This document shows, one piece after another, positions 54,304 through 64,000 of a stretch of 64,000 bases of DNA. How positions within the stretch are numbered: position 1 is the stretch's first letter; each line of letters starts with the position of its first letter. The notes under the pieces were generated by a model. That model did not search any database. It was not told the origin of the DNA and saw only the letters and a list, made by a program, of their open reading frames with translations. Origin of the DNA: Planctomycetota bacterium (GTDB lineage Bacteria; Planctomycetota; UBA8108; SXIK01); NCBI GenBank assembly GCA_965223845.1, contig CBDCXR010000004.1, positions 1,120,001 through 1,184,000 of the forward strand, read 5' to 3'. Position numbers and translations under genes: made by a program.

Positions 54304-55629
54304 ATGTCGCCCCTCCTCCGCCGCCACGGATTCGCCATCGGAACGCTGCTCCTCCTTCCCGTCGCGATCGCGCTTGCGGCATCGGAACGGGGGGATCGCG
54401 GTGGACTCCTCGCTGCCGAGACTCAGGCCGATCCGGCGAGCGCCGGTTCTGAAGCCGACGCCGACCGCGACTCGTCACCGAGCGAGCCGAGCACCGTCGA
54501 TCACGGCGCCGTTCTCGGTGCGATCAAGAGCGCGATCGATCGCGGGTCCCGCTGGCTCGCGAATCACCAGAATCCCGACGGCGGCTACGGTCCCTACGGT
54601 AGCTTCCGCATCGAGAACGCATCGGACGTGGGGGTCACCGCGTACGTGCTCTACGCGTTTTCGCGGAATGGCCGCGGGTACAGCGAGGTCGACGGGCCAT
54701 TCGTTTCTCGCGCGGTCGACTTTCTCCTCTCGAAGCAGCAGGAGAACGGCGCGTTCTACGATCCGCGGGATCCCGCCCTCCAGAACTACAAGACGTCGGT
54801 CGCCCTCCTCGCACTCCGGAATCTCGATCCGCAGCGCTACCGCGATTCGATTCTGAAGGCCCAGGGGTTCATCAAGGCCCAGCAGTTCAGCGAGTCGCAG
54901 GGTTACAGCGAGACCCGCCACCTGAGCTACGGCGGCATCGGTTACGGAAGCGGGCTCCGGAGCGATCTCTCGAACTCGCAGTTTGCGCTCGAGGCCCTGG
55001 CGGAGTCCGGTGTCTCGGCGAGCGACGAGCTCTGGGTGCGCGCTCGCGTCTACCTCCGGCGGACGCTCAATTCGCCGAAGGTCGACCCTCTCGTGAAGAG
55101 TGCCGGCGTCGGGACGACGGGGGACGGCGGAGCGCGTTACGCGCCGAACGACACGCGCGGTCCGGTCGAGACCCTGGACGACGGCACGCGCGTGTTTTCG
55201 TCTTACGGCAGCATGACGTACGCCGCGCTGAAGAGCTTTCTCTACGCGAGCGTCGATCGCCGTGACACCGATGTCGAAGGGCTGTTCCGCTGGGTGTCCG
55301 ATCACTTCACCGTGAAGGAGAACCCCGGCATGGCGACGGAGAAGAATCCACGCGCGGGGCTCCAAGGACTTTTCTATTACTACCAGACCATGGCGAAGGC
55401 GCTGCGGCTCGTCGGGGAACCGGTTCTCAAGGACCGCGCTGGTCGGAAGCATCACTGGTCGTCGGAGCTCGCGAATCACCTGATCGCGATGCAGACCGCA
55501 GAGGGCTACTGGCAGAACCGGAGCGATCGCTGGTGGGAGAATCTCCCGAGTCTCGACACGGCGTACGCGATCGTCGCGCTCGCCGACTGCGCTGCGCAGC
55601 TGAAGGCCGAGCTGGCGGGGGCGAAGTAA
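54304..55629 (+). CDS. Secreted prenyltransferase/squalene-cyclase-repeat (alpha/alpha barrel) protein, PVC type
   Basis: QNPDGGY, QQENGAF, GGIGYG, DLSNSQF, SYGSMTY, ENPG, GLFYYY, QTAEGYW. Confidence 0.8.
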   Translation: MSPLLRRHGFAIGTLLLLPVAIALAASERGDRGGLLAAETQADPASAGSEADADRDSSPSEPSTVDHGAVLGAIKSAIDRGSRWLANHQNPDGGYGPYGSFRIENASDVGVTAYVLYAFSRNGRGYSEVDGPFVSRAVDFLLSKQQENGAFYDPRDPALQNYKTSVALLALRNLDPQRYRDSILKAQGFIKAQQFSESQGYSETRHLSYGGIGYGSGLRSDLSNSQFALEALAESGVSASDELWVRARVYLRRTLNSPKVDPLVKSAGVGTTGDGGARYAPNDTRGPVETLDDGTRVFSSYGSMTYAALKSFLYASVDRRDTDVEGLFRWVSDHFTVKENPGMATEKNPRAGLQGLFYYYQTMAKALRLVGEPVLKDRAGRKHHWSSELANHLIAMQTAEGYWQNRSDRWWENLPSLDTAYAIVALADCAAQLKAELAGAK

Positions 55630-55728
55630 CTGGCGCGGAGATTTGCGCCGATTCCTCGGGGCGAGCGCGCCTCTGGTCCGTTCTAGCCCGAGGCGAAAGC
55701 GGTTCTGCGAAACGCGCTTCGCCGGGGA

Positions 55729-56388
55729 CTAGTTCGAACGCCCGCGGAGGAGCTCCTGCACGTCCGAGTGCCCTCCTTTCTCGGCCAGGTCGTGAGGAGT
55801 GCTTCCGTCGTCTGCAGCGAGCTCGGGATCCGCGCCGTGTTCGAGGAGAAGGCGAGCGATGGCGGCGTCGCCGTGCATCGCCGCTGAGTGAAGCGCCGTC
55901 CACCCGCCGTGCTGCCGGGCGTCGACGTCGGCCCCGTGCTCGATGAGAAGGGCGATGATCTCGCGGTTCCTCGACGCCGCCGCGCTGTGAAGCGGCTGCA
56001 CTCGGCTGGGATTTGCGGCGACCGCCGAAGGTGCCGCGCCGAGCTCGAGAAGCAGTCTTGCGGCGGCGTCGCGACCGAAGAAGCAAGCGAGGTGGAGCGG
56101 AGTGAAGCCGTCCGTCGAGTCTCCGTTCACTGCCGAAGCATCGTTCGCCAAGCGTGCCGTGAGTTGCCCGGTTTCCCCGAGCGCGGAGGCCTCGAATTCA
56201 TCGAGCTCGAGCCCCGAATCCCGAAGGAGGTCCGCGATCTCCGGTCTGCGGTGGTAGAGCGCGATTAGAACCGCCGATACGCCTTCGTCGCTTCGACTCC
56301 GCGCGAGGGAGGGGGTCTCGGCCAGTCGGGCGGACACCTCCTCGACGCTCCCGTCCGGTAGCAGTTGAATGAACTCGGCGGGGGTCAT
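55729..56388 (-). CDS. Ankyrin repeat protein
   Basis: DGFTPLHLAC, QPLHSAA, GWTALHSAA repeats. Confidence 0.92.
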   Translation of the reverse strand: MTPAEFIQLLPDGSVEEVSARLAETPSLARSRSDEGVSAVLIALYHRRPEIADLLRDSGLELDEFEASALGETGQLTARLANDASAVNGDSTDGFTPLHLACFFGRDAAARLLLELGAAPSAVAANPSRVQPLHSAAASRNREIIALLIEHGADVDARQHGGWTALHSAAMHGDAAIARLLLEHGADPELAADDGSTPHDLAEKGGHSDVQELLRGRSN

Positions 56389-56652
56389 CGCGTCTCCATT
56401 GTGTTCTGGTCGCCGAATCCGCTCGGGACGAGTCGGCCGAGGACGACTCGGATTCTATCTGAGAGATTCCGGAGACGGCGAGAGTTGCGTGGGGAAGCCG
56501 CCTAAGCCGGGCCGGGGACCCGTCGCTGCGTTCGATCGAAGGCGGGCGCGCCCCAGCCCGGTCGACCCGAGCGCGCGGTAGATCTCGAGCGAGCGAACCG
56601 GCAGAATAGCGCGCTTTTCCTTCGCCCGGTTCTCCTGAGGGATCTGCTCGCT

Positions 56653-57900
56653 ATGGACATCGCACCCTTCCGCGGACTGCGCTACAACACCGAAAAGTTG
56701 ATCGCGAGCGGAGCCGCGGATGCGGCTGAGGCGGTGACGGCGCCGCCGTACGACGTGATCTCGGAGGACGATCATCGCGCCCTCCTCGCGCGGTCGCCGA
56801 TGAACGTCACCGCTCTCACTCTCGGTCTCGAGCCGGGCGCGGAGGGGCAGTACGAGCGACGGGCGGAGCAGCTCGAGGCGTGGATTCGCGACGGCGTCCT
56901 CGTCGAGGACGGCGAGCACGGATTCTACGTTTACGAAATCGACTACGAGCTCCCGGGGTCACCGGGCGACCGGCGGCGGTTCCTGGGCCTCGTTGCACTC
57001 GGGCGTCAGTATCCTTTCGAGGAGGGCGTCGTACTCCGGCACGAAGAGACGTTCGCGAAGGTCGTCGACGATCGCCTTCGCCTTCTCGAAGCGACGCGGA
57101 CCCATCTCGAGTCGATCTTCCTTCTCTACGCCGACGCGGAGCGGCGCATCGACTCGAGCCTCGAGCAGGCGGCGAACGGCGATCCGGTCGTCCGCGTCGA
57201 GGCGAAGCCCCGCGAGTGGCACGCGCTCTATCGGCTCGCCGACGCCGGGGTCGTCCGGGATCTCGTCGATCGCTTTTCGCCGCAGCGACCGATCATCGCG
57301 GACGGGCACCATCGCTACACCATGGGGCACCGCTATCGAACGGAGACCGGCGCGGGCGTTCCCGGCTCGGCGTGGCAGCTCATGACGTTCGCGAATCTCT
57401 TCGGCGAAGGACTCGCGATTCTCGCGACGCATCGGCTCGTCCGGTTGCGAGGCTCGACTGCGGCCGCGGCGATGGAGCGAATCTCCGCCCACCTCGAGCC
57501 GGTGCCGGATGCTGACGCCGGCGGATCGAACGCCGCACGAGATCTTCTCGTCGAGACGGCGGACGACCGCCGGGCGTTTCGCTTCCCGGCTGAACTTCGT
57601 AGCGCGCGGAAAGGCGTGGAGGCGACCGACTACGGACTCCTTCACGGCTATGTTCTCGACGATCTCCTCGGGGGAAACGTCGAGTCCGTCGCGTACTACA
57701 AAGAAGGGACGGGCGAAGCGGAAGCGCTTCAGAGCGGCGCCGGTGACTTACTCTTCCGCATGAATCCGGTGGGGCGCGAAGAGTTTCAGCGAGTCGTCGA
57801 AGGCGGCGGTCTCTATCCACACAAAACGACCTACTTCTACCCGAAGCTTTGGAGCGGCCTCGTCCTCTGGCGACTCGCGGAGCGGGAAGGCGCCGACTGA
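56653..57900 (+). CDS. DUF1015 family protein
   Basis: PFRGLRY, APPYDVIS, HEET, IADGHHRY, PHKTTYFYPKL motifs. Confidence 0.9.
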   Translation: MDIAPFRGLRYNTEKLIASGAADAAEAVTAPPYDVISEDDHRALLARSPMNVTALTLGLEPGAEGQYERRAEQLEAWIRDGVLVEDGEHGFYVYEIDYELPGSPGDRRRFLGLVALGRQYPFEEGVVLRHEETFAKVVDDRLRLLEATRTHLESIFLLYADAERRIDSSLEQAANGDPVVRVEAKPREWHALYRLADAGVVRDLVDRFSPQRPIIADGHHRYTMGHRYRTETGAGVPGSAWQLMTFANLFGEGLAILATHRLVRLRGSTAAAAMERISAHLEPVPDADAGGSNAARDLLVETADDRRAFRFPAELRSARKGVEATDYGLLHGYVLDDLLGGNVESVAYYKEGTGEAEALQSGAGDLLFRMNPVGREEFQRVVEGGGLYPHKTTYFYPKLWSGLVLWRLAEREGAD

Positions 57901-58272
57901 GCCGAGTCTCCGCGCGGGGAGAAGAGCGCTGGGAATCACGAGCGGTTCGGAACGGGAGTCTCCCGTTTCGAGCTTGCGAACCGCCGCCGCGATCAGTCGA
58001 GCCGCTCCGGGCCGATCCACGCGGCGGAAACACTGCGGAACTCTCACCCGCCCAGCCGAAATTGAGAGCGTCCGGTCACGCGGCGTGGGCTTAACCGCGC
58101 CGTCGCCCTCCTCCGGACGGTTCCTCCCGATGGATCTCGAATCGAATCGGCCGACCCCGGGTCGTCTCGGTGCATGCTGTGGCGGGTGCGGTTTGCGACT
58201 GCGCCCGCGGGCGCGGCGGGCGGTGTCGAACTCGGCGAGGAGTCTCCCTGTCCCGAGTTCCGGAAACCGTCT

Positions 58273-59040
58273 ATGGCTGGCGTTTCGAGAACCTTGCGAT
58301 TTCGCCGCGGCCGGAGCGCACCCGTCGCTCCGTCTCGTGCCGCGCTTTCGCGTTGGCGTCTCGCGATGGTCTTCGTCGCCGTCGTGCTCTCGGCCGGTTT
58401 TCTCGTCGTCGACGGTACACCCATCGACCGCGCCACCGATCTCGCTCACGCGTACCTACTCAAGTGGCCGAACGAAGCCGTGCGGAAGCACGTCGTCGAG
58501 GAGATGGCGAAGCGTCGGTCGCCGCGCAGCGTCCCCCGTCTCGTCGCCGAGCTGTCCTCGCGAGATATCGCTCACCAAGCCTCCGCGGCGCTCGCGGAGT
58601 TCGGCGACGCCGCCATCGACCCGCTCGACGAGGCGACGAGGTCGTCGAACGAGCGCGTGCGCTACTGGGCGGTTCGTACACTCGGCGATCTCGGAGTTTC
58701 GGCGCAGCGCTCAGCGCCCTCGATCGTCGGCGCTCTCGATGACGCTAGCCCCCTCGTCCGTCACAATGCGATCTACGCGCTCGAGCTGATCGATCCGGTG
58801 CTCGCAGTCGACGTGTTGAGCGCGTTTGCGGAACGAGTCGAAATGCCGGAGTTCGATCGTGTTCTCGCCCTGCATTCGCTCGAAGCCCTCGGTACGGAGG
58901 CGCTCCCGGCGCGCAGTGCGCTCGAGAGGCTCTCCCGCATCGAATGCAGCAACGATATCGCGCGCGTGGCTCGGTCCGTCATCGCGACCTTCCCGCCCCG
59001 GCCGATCGACGCTCCTTTGAGGAGGAGTCCCTCCGGCTGA
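58273..59040 (+). CDS. Membrane-anchored HEAT/PBS-lyase repeat protein
   Basis: TM segment MVFVAVVLSAGFLVV; HEAT repeats (VRYWAVRTLGDLG, LVRHNAIYAL); start uncertain. Confidence 0.7.
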   Translation: MAGVSRTLRFRRGRSAPVAPSRAALSRWRLAMVFVAVVLSAGFLVVDGTPIDRATDLAHAYLLKWPNEAVRKHVVEEMAKRRSPRSVPRLVAELSSRDIAHQASAALAEFGDAAIDPLDEATRSSNERVRYWAVRTLGDLGVSAQRSAPSIVGALDDASPLVRHNAIYALELIDPVLAVDVLSAFAERVEMPEFDRVLALHSLEALGTEALPARSALERLSRIECSNDIARVARSVIATFPPRPIDAPLRRSPSG

Positions 59041-59094
59041 GCGTCACCGCGAGCCTTCGCGATACGAACGCCACCTCAGCACCGAGCCATCGCC

Positions 59095-60375
59095 GTGTCA
59101 GAGTTTCGTTTCGTCCACGCTGCGGATCTCCACCTCGACGCTCGGTTCGTCGGGCTCGGCCGCGCGTCTCCGGCCGTTGCCGAAGTCCTTCGCGACGCGT
59201 CGCTCGGGGCGTTCGACGCGCTCGTCGAGACGACGCTCGACTGCGGCGCGGCGTTTCTCGTGCTCGCCGGCGATCTCTACGACGGCGCGGATCGCGGCCT
59301 CCGAGCTCAGACGCGGTTCCTCCGGGGGCTCGAACGCTTGAGCGCGAGCGGGGTGCGGGTGTTCGTCGCGCACGGCAATCACGATCCGCTGGACGGTCGA
59401 TCGGCGATCGACGCGTGGCCGGAAGGCGTTCACGTCTTCGGGTCGGACGCGGTCGAGAGCGTCTCCGTGCGGCGTGAAGGGACCGACCTCGCGGTCGTTC
59501 ACGGAATCAGCTACGCGCAGCGCGAAGCGCGGGAGAACCTCGTCGAGCGGTTTGCGCGCGAGGAATCGTCGAATGCGTTTCAGATCGGCGTTCTCCACGC
59601 GCAGGTCGATCACCACCGCGAATCGTCACCGTACAGCCCCGCGACGGTTGACGATCTCATCGAGATCGGACTCGACTATTGGGCGCTCGGGCACGTCCAC
59701 GGATTCTCAGTGCTGCGCGAGCGCGCGCCGACGATCGTCTATCCCGGGACGCCGCAAGGGCGGAGCCTTCGGCCGAGCGAATGCGGCCCCAAGGGAGTGG
59801 TGGTCGTCGACGTGAGAGACGGCAGCGTCGCCGGGCTCGAGTTCGTCCCTCTCGATCGCGCACGTTTCGAGAGACTCCGCGTTGCCACCGACGAGCTCGG
59901 CGACGTCGCGGCCCTGCGCACAGCGCTCGTTCGCGCCGCTCAGCTCGCGCAGGCGGATGCCGGTCGACGCGCGCTGGTCGTCCGCGCCGAGCTCTCCGGC
60001 CGCGGCGAATGTCTCCGCGCGCTCCGCCGATCGGTGGATCGAGAGGCTCTTCTCGACGAGCTCCGGGAAGACGCCGCGGGAGCGGAGCCGCTCCTCTGGT
60101 GGGACGACGTCCGTCTGTCGGCGAACGACCGCGACCGCCGCCACCGGTTCGACACCGCGGGACCGCTCGCGCGCGAGCTCGGTCGCTTGGTGAGAGAACT
60201 CGAGGACGATCCCGCGCGTCTGGCGGAGTTCGTCGAGGACTCCTGCGCCGCGCTCGCGAACTCGCGCACGGGACGCCGCTCGCGCGCGAGTGTCTCGCCG
60301 TCAGCTCTGCCTTCCCTCCTTCGCAGCGCCTCGGAGCTGCTCCTCGAGCGAGTTGCGCGGGAGAGTCGCCGGTGA
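59095..60375 (+). CDS. YhaO/SbcD-Mre11-like metallophosphoesterase nuclease
   Basis: FVHAADLHLD, AGDLYD, GNHD, ALGHVH, YPGTPQGR motifs. Confidence 0.9.
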   Translation: MSEFRFVHAADLHLDARFVGLGRASPAVAEVLRDASLGAFDALVETTLDCGAAFLVLAGDLYDGADRGLRAQTRFLRGLERLSASGVRVFVAHGNHDPLDGRSAIDAWPEGVHVFGSDAVESVSVRREGTDLAVVHGISYAQREARENLVERFAREESSNAFQIGVLHAQVDHHRESSPYSPATVDDLIEIGLDYWALGHVHGFSVLRERAPTIVYPGTPQGRSLRPSECGPKGVVVVDVRDGSVAGLEFVPLDRARFERLRVATDELGDVAALRTALVRAAQLAQADAGRRALVVRAELSGRGECLRALRRSVDREALLDELREDAAGAEPLLWWDDVRLSANDRDRRHRFDTAGPLARELGRLVRELEDDPARLAEFVEDSCAALANSRTGRRSRASVSPSALPSLLRSASELLLERVARESRR

Positions 60376-63083
60376 TTCTCCGAGGGTGGTCCATCGATTC
60401 CTTTGGCGGTCTCGGAGGCGCCTTCGGCGACGGTCTCGACTCGGGTCTGAACGTCGTCACCGGTGCGAACGAAGCGGGAAAGTCGACCCTCTGGAGGTTC
60501 TTCGCCGGCGTCGTCTCCGGGTCCGGTGTGGGCGGGAAGGGAAGGCCGTCCCGCCGAGGACCGATTTCCTCGGGACGCGCGATCGTCGAGCTCGACGGCG
60601 AGCGTTACGCCCTCCCGTACGACGACGACGCACCCGACGAGGTGCGAGCGAAGCTCGAGGGAATCGTCGATCCGCACGTCTATCGTGCCGTCTACACGAT
60701 CGAGCTCGACGACCTCCACGCGCTGACTGCGCTCACGGACGTCGCGCTCCGCGAGCGACTCTTCTGCGCGGGGCTCTTCGGTGCGGGCGGCACCGCGGGC
60801 GAGATCGAACGGGCGCTCACGCGCGACCTCGGCGAGTTGGTGCGCCCCCGCGGAAGCTCGCGGGTGGGCGACGTCGTCGCCCGGCTCGACGAGAACAGTC
60901 GCGCACTCCGTCGCGCCCGCACGCGGCTCGCTCGCCACGGAGAGATCCGTCGTACCGAGTCGGAGCTCGGCGATCGTCTCGCGGCGATCGAGCGTGACCT
61001 CGTGCACGTCGAGAGTGAGATCTCGATCTTCGAGCGGGTCGAGCATCTCCGGCCGATTCGACGCGAGCTCGAGCAGTGCCTCCGCGAGCTCACCGAGCTT
61101 TCCTCGACCGGCAGTGTGAGCGAAGAGCTCGGCGCCCGCTGGACGCGTCTCGAAGCCCGCCGGAGCGAGCTCGAGGCGAGCCTTGCGCGACTCGACGAGG
61201 AGCGAACTAGCTGCGAGCAGCGGCGGGGAAGAGTCGAATCGCGCGCGGCGGCGAAGGTCGCGACTCTCGCGCCCGAGATCGAGCGTTTGGCGGCCGAACG
61301 CGCGCGGTGGCGGGCCGATGGCGAAGCTCTCGCGGAGCTCGACGATCGGCTGCGCGCCGACGAGACTGCGCTCGAACGGGCGATGGCGCGATGGGAGCGC
61401 GTCGAGGCACGCCGAAGCGGTGGCGAAACTGACGGCGGTCTCCGGCCTTCGCGCATCCGTCTCGAACACGTTCACGTGGAGCTGCCGCCGCCGACACTCC
61501 GCCGGGAGCTCAGTTGCTGGGAAGAGCGGCTCGAGCGGACTCGAGCGCGTTCGCCGGACGCGGCGGTGTCGATTGGGCGGGATCGCACGGCACTCCTCGG
61601 AGACGGGTCGTGTTCCCGCTGGCTCGCGATCGGCGCTGGCGTTGCCGCGGCAGCCGTCGCGGGATCCCCCGGAGTCGGCGACGCCTTGTTGTGGACTCTC
61701 CTCACCGGAGTGACTCTCGCGATCGTCGTCCTCCTCGCGCGTTCGGCGATGCCTCGTAGGAGGCCGAGCGGACCGTCGACGACGCGCCAACCGAGCGCGG
61801 ATCGGCAGGCGACTGTTGCCGCGTGGCGCCGGTGGCGGCGGGCGCATCGCTTGCCCGGTGGCGTCTCGCCCCGCCGAGCGAAGGTCTGGCTCGAGCGCGC
61901 GTGGGACGCGCGTCACGCCGCGGCCCGGCGCGACTCGACGCGAGCCGAGCGGGATCGGCGGCGCGGTGCAGTCGACGATTGGATCACGCGCGCGCGAGAA
62001 GTGTGCGATGCCGTCGGCATCGAGTTCCCCGCCGGCGTCGACGATCAGTGCGCGTTGGTGGCGCGGCTCGAGAGCGACGCCGTTCAGGCCGGCTCCGCCA
62101 AGGTCGAACTCGCGAAACTCGAGATCGAGATCAGACGCATCGACTCGCAGAATCGCGTTCTCTGCACGCGTGTGGAATCCACTGAGAGAGCGCAGCGACA
62201 GCTTCTCGCGGCCGCGAACGCGGAGAACGGAGCGGATCTCGAGGAGAAGATCGCGGGCTCGCGGCAACGCGCGGAGCTCGAGCGGGCGGCCGGTCGGCTC
62301 GAGCGTCAGCTCGACGTCGCTCTCGACGGACGGCGCGACGCGCCGCGACTGCGAGACGAGCTGGCACGCGGAGATTCCGGGGCGCGCCAAGGTGAGCGCT
62401 CTCGGCTTGACCGCGAGCACCGTCGCCTTTCCTCGGAGCGCGACGAGACCATCCGACGTCACCGCGATGCCGAGCGCGCCCGACGCGAGCTCGAGGAATC
62501 GACCGACGTGGCTGGCCTCGAGCTCGAGCGGACGGCCCTCGAGACCGAGCTCCGCGAGCTCTCCCGCGCCTGGCACACCGTCGCGTTCGCGCGCACCTTG
62601 CTCAGGAAGACCATCGAGAGGAGCGCAGAGCGGCGTCAGCGCGACGTGCTCGTCGAAGCTTCGGCGATGCTGCGCGAGATTTCCGCCGGCCGCTACACCG
62701 ATATCGTCTGCGACTCGTCGCGACGCGAGATCGCGCTCCTCGACGGCCGTGGTGCGAGAGTCGAGACCGCGGTGCTCAGTCGGGGAACCGTGGAACAGCT
62801 CTACCTCGTGCTCCGGCTGGCCCTCGTCCTCGACCACGGCCGCCGCGGGGTCTCCCTGCCGGTGCTCCTCGACGACGTCCTCGTTCACTCCGATCCGGCG
62901 CGAGCGGCTGCGCTCGTCCGGATCCTCCAGCGCGTCGCGGAGAACCACCAGACGATTCTATTTTCGTGTCACCCGGCGGTGAGGCGTCTTCTCGAGCGGC
63001 ACGGCGCTCGCGTGGTCGCGCTCGAGCGCGGGAGCGTCGTCGAGCGCGCCGCGCCCGCGGGCTCCGTCGTGAGCCACTCCTGA
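60372..63083 (+). CDS. YhaN/SbcE-like (AAA_27) Rad50/SbcC-type ATPase
   Basis: GTG overlaps the nuclease stop; Walker A GANEAGKST; long coiled coil; signature LSRGTVEQLYL; Walker B LLDDVLV; FSCH. Confidence 0.88.
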   Translation: MILRGWSIDSFGGLGGAFGDGLDSGLNVVTGANEAGKSTLWRFFAGVVSGSGVGGKGRPSRRGPISSGRAIVELDGERYALPYDDDAPDEVRAKLEGIVDPHVYRAVYTIELDDLHALTALTDVALRERLFCAGLFGAGGTAGEIERALTRDLGELVRPRGSSRVGDVVARLDENSRALRRARTRLARHGEIRRTESELGDRLAAIERDLVHVESEISIFERVEHLRPIRRELEQCLRELTELSSTGSVSEELGARWTRLEARRSELEASLARLDEERTSCEQRRGRVESRAAAKVATLAPEIERLAAERARWRADGEALAELDDRLRADETALERAMARWERVEARRSGGETDGGLRPSRIRLEHVHVELPPPTLRRELSCWEERLERTRARSPDAAVSIGRDRTALLGDGSCSRWLAIGAGVAAAAVAGSPGVGDALLWTLLTGVTLAIVVLLARSAMPRRRPSGPSTTRQPSADRQATVAAWRRWRRAHRLPGGVSPRRAKVWLERAWDARHAAARRDSTRAERDRRRGAVDDWITRAREVCDAVGIEFPAGVDDQCALVARLESDAVQAGSAKVELAKLEIEIRRIDSQNRVLCTRVESTERAQRQLLAAANAENGADLEEKIAGSRQRAELERAAGRLERQLDVALDGRRDAPRLRDELARGDSGARQGERSRLDREHRRLSSERDETIRRHRDAERARRELEESTDVAGLELERTALETELRELSRAWHTVAFARTLLRKTIERSAERRQRDVLVEASAMLREISAGRYTDIVCDSSRREIALLDGRGARVETAVLSRGTVEQLYLVLRLALVLDHGRRGVSLPVLLDDVLVHSDPARAAALVRILQRVAENHQTILFSCHPAVRRLLERHGARVVALERGSVVERAAPAGSVVSHS

Positions 63084-63361
63084 GCTCGTTCTCCGTCGAG
63101 ATACCCGCGGTCGGACCGGGGAGTGTTCGCGGCGGATTTGGGCGCCGACGGGACCGGCGTCCGTGGTAACCTCGATCGCATATCGCGCCACCGCGAGATA
63201 CCCGAACGGACCCCTGATCCGCGAGGTTCTTCGCTGCGATTCGCGGTCCTTCGAGCGGGCCGCGGCGGCGACCCGACTGCGGGCGACGGGGCAGCACAGG
63301 TGGGCATGCGACGGTTCCGTCGCATGCGAGCTCCCTGCCCAATCGAGTGGTTGTAGGATTC

Positions 63362-64000
63362 GTGACTTCTCCTTTCGACGTTTCCCCGGTCCTCTGGGCG
63401 ACCATCGTCTTCTTGGCCGTCATCACGGTTGTGTGCGCGCGGCACGAAGAGCGCCGTCACGAGCGTGCCCTCGCGTACGTGAGGCCGGAGCTCGGTCGCG
63501 CCGCTCGCGTGAAGATTCTCGAGCGCCGGAGCGAATCGGCGATTCTGAGCGCGAGTCCCGCCCGGCTCTTTGCGCGTGGCCTGGCCCGCTTCAAGCTCGG
63601 TCGATGTGGCGGTGCGAGGGAGGACTTTCGCGCCGCGATTCGACTCCGGGAGAGCTTCGATCGCGCGCACGAGTTTGCCGGGCACGTCGACGTCGCCGTC
63701 GGAAGATTCGACCGCGCGGCGCTAGCGTACGCCGCGCTGAAAGAGGATGGTCGGCGCGAGCGCTGCGTCGCGAGTCTTCAGCGCATCGAGACACGCTTCC
63801 CCGATCCCGAACGTCGTCCGCCGGGGATTTCCGGTCTCCTCGCGGAAGTTCTCCCCGACGGATTCGCAGACGAGGCGCACGCATCGATCGCCGACGTCCT
63901 CGGGCTCAGCGATCCCTCCGCGCTCGACGAGGAGGCGATGGAGTGGGTTCTTCTCGATGCCCTCAGCGCACAGCTCGAGCAGGGCTTGACTTCCGGGTCG
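63362..64000 (+). CDS. Partial membrane-anchored TPR-like protein, runs off the window end
   Basis: Open frame from GTG 63362 to 64000 (not in the ORF track): TM VLWATIVFLAVITVV, TPR-like ARGLARFKLG...AREDFRAAI. Confidence 0.6.
   Translation, partial: MTSPFDVSPVLWATIVFLAVITVVCARHEERRHERALAYVRPELGRAARVKILERRSESAILSASPARLFARGLARFKLGRCGGAREDFRAAIRLRESFDRAHEFAGHVDVAVGRFDRAALAYAALKEDGRRERCVASLQRIETRFPDPERRPPGISGLLAEVLPDGFADEAHASIADVLGLSDPSALDEEAMEWVLLDALSAQLEQGLTSGS

Noticed and set aside
59940-62948. 1002-aa minus-strand ORF and similar long antisense/alternate-frame ORFs (5486-7195, 15326-17962, 12421-14052, 51160-53292)
   Set aside because: They overlap well-supported genes, have no motifs, and are expected from high GC and codon bias

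Overview
GC-rich bacterial chromosome segment, most likely an uncultured Planctomycetota. This is inferred from a PVC-type CxxCH heme protein, DUF1080, a planctomycete-style FLRGDAN dockerin, PVC-type prenyltransferase repeats and the recO-bamD-lptE order. It is mostly core genome: CBS/CorC hemolysin-like, recO, bamD, lptE, ftsH-folP-cdaA-cdaR-glmM, dapA, yhaM, sucCD, nrnA, miaB, ribD, a GldA/F/G-DUF4340 ABC system, pyrF, prfB, carB, DUF1015 and a yhaO/yhaN (SbcD/SbcC-like) pair. Many secreted TPR, HEAT and lipoproteins are interspersed. I saw no rRNA, tRNA, CRISPR, transposase or phage genes. The most notable items are: (1) a lipoprotein resembling HPF1 (histone PARylation factor 1, DUF2228) lying antisense between recO and bamD, with no ADP-ribosyltransferase nearby; (2) a lipid-anchored scaffoldin-like protein carrying both cohesin-like and dockerin modules; (3) a 760-bp gap with a candidate promoter and terminator bracketing a possible ~450-nt ncRNA, whose U-tract is amplified as a 16-bp tandem repeat; (4) a doubly lesioned multicopper oxidase; (5) prfB without the programmed frameshift. 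All family calls come from motif recognition by eye; no database search was run.
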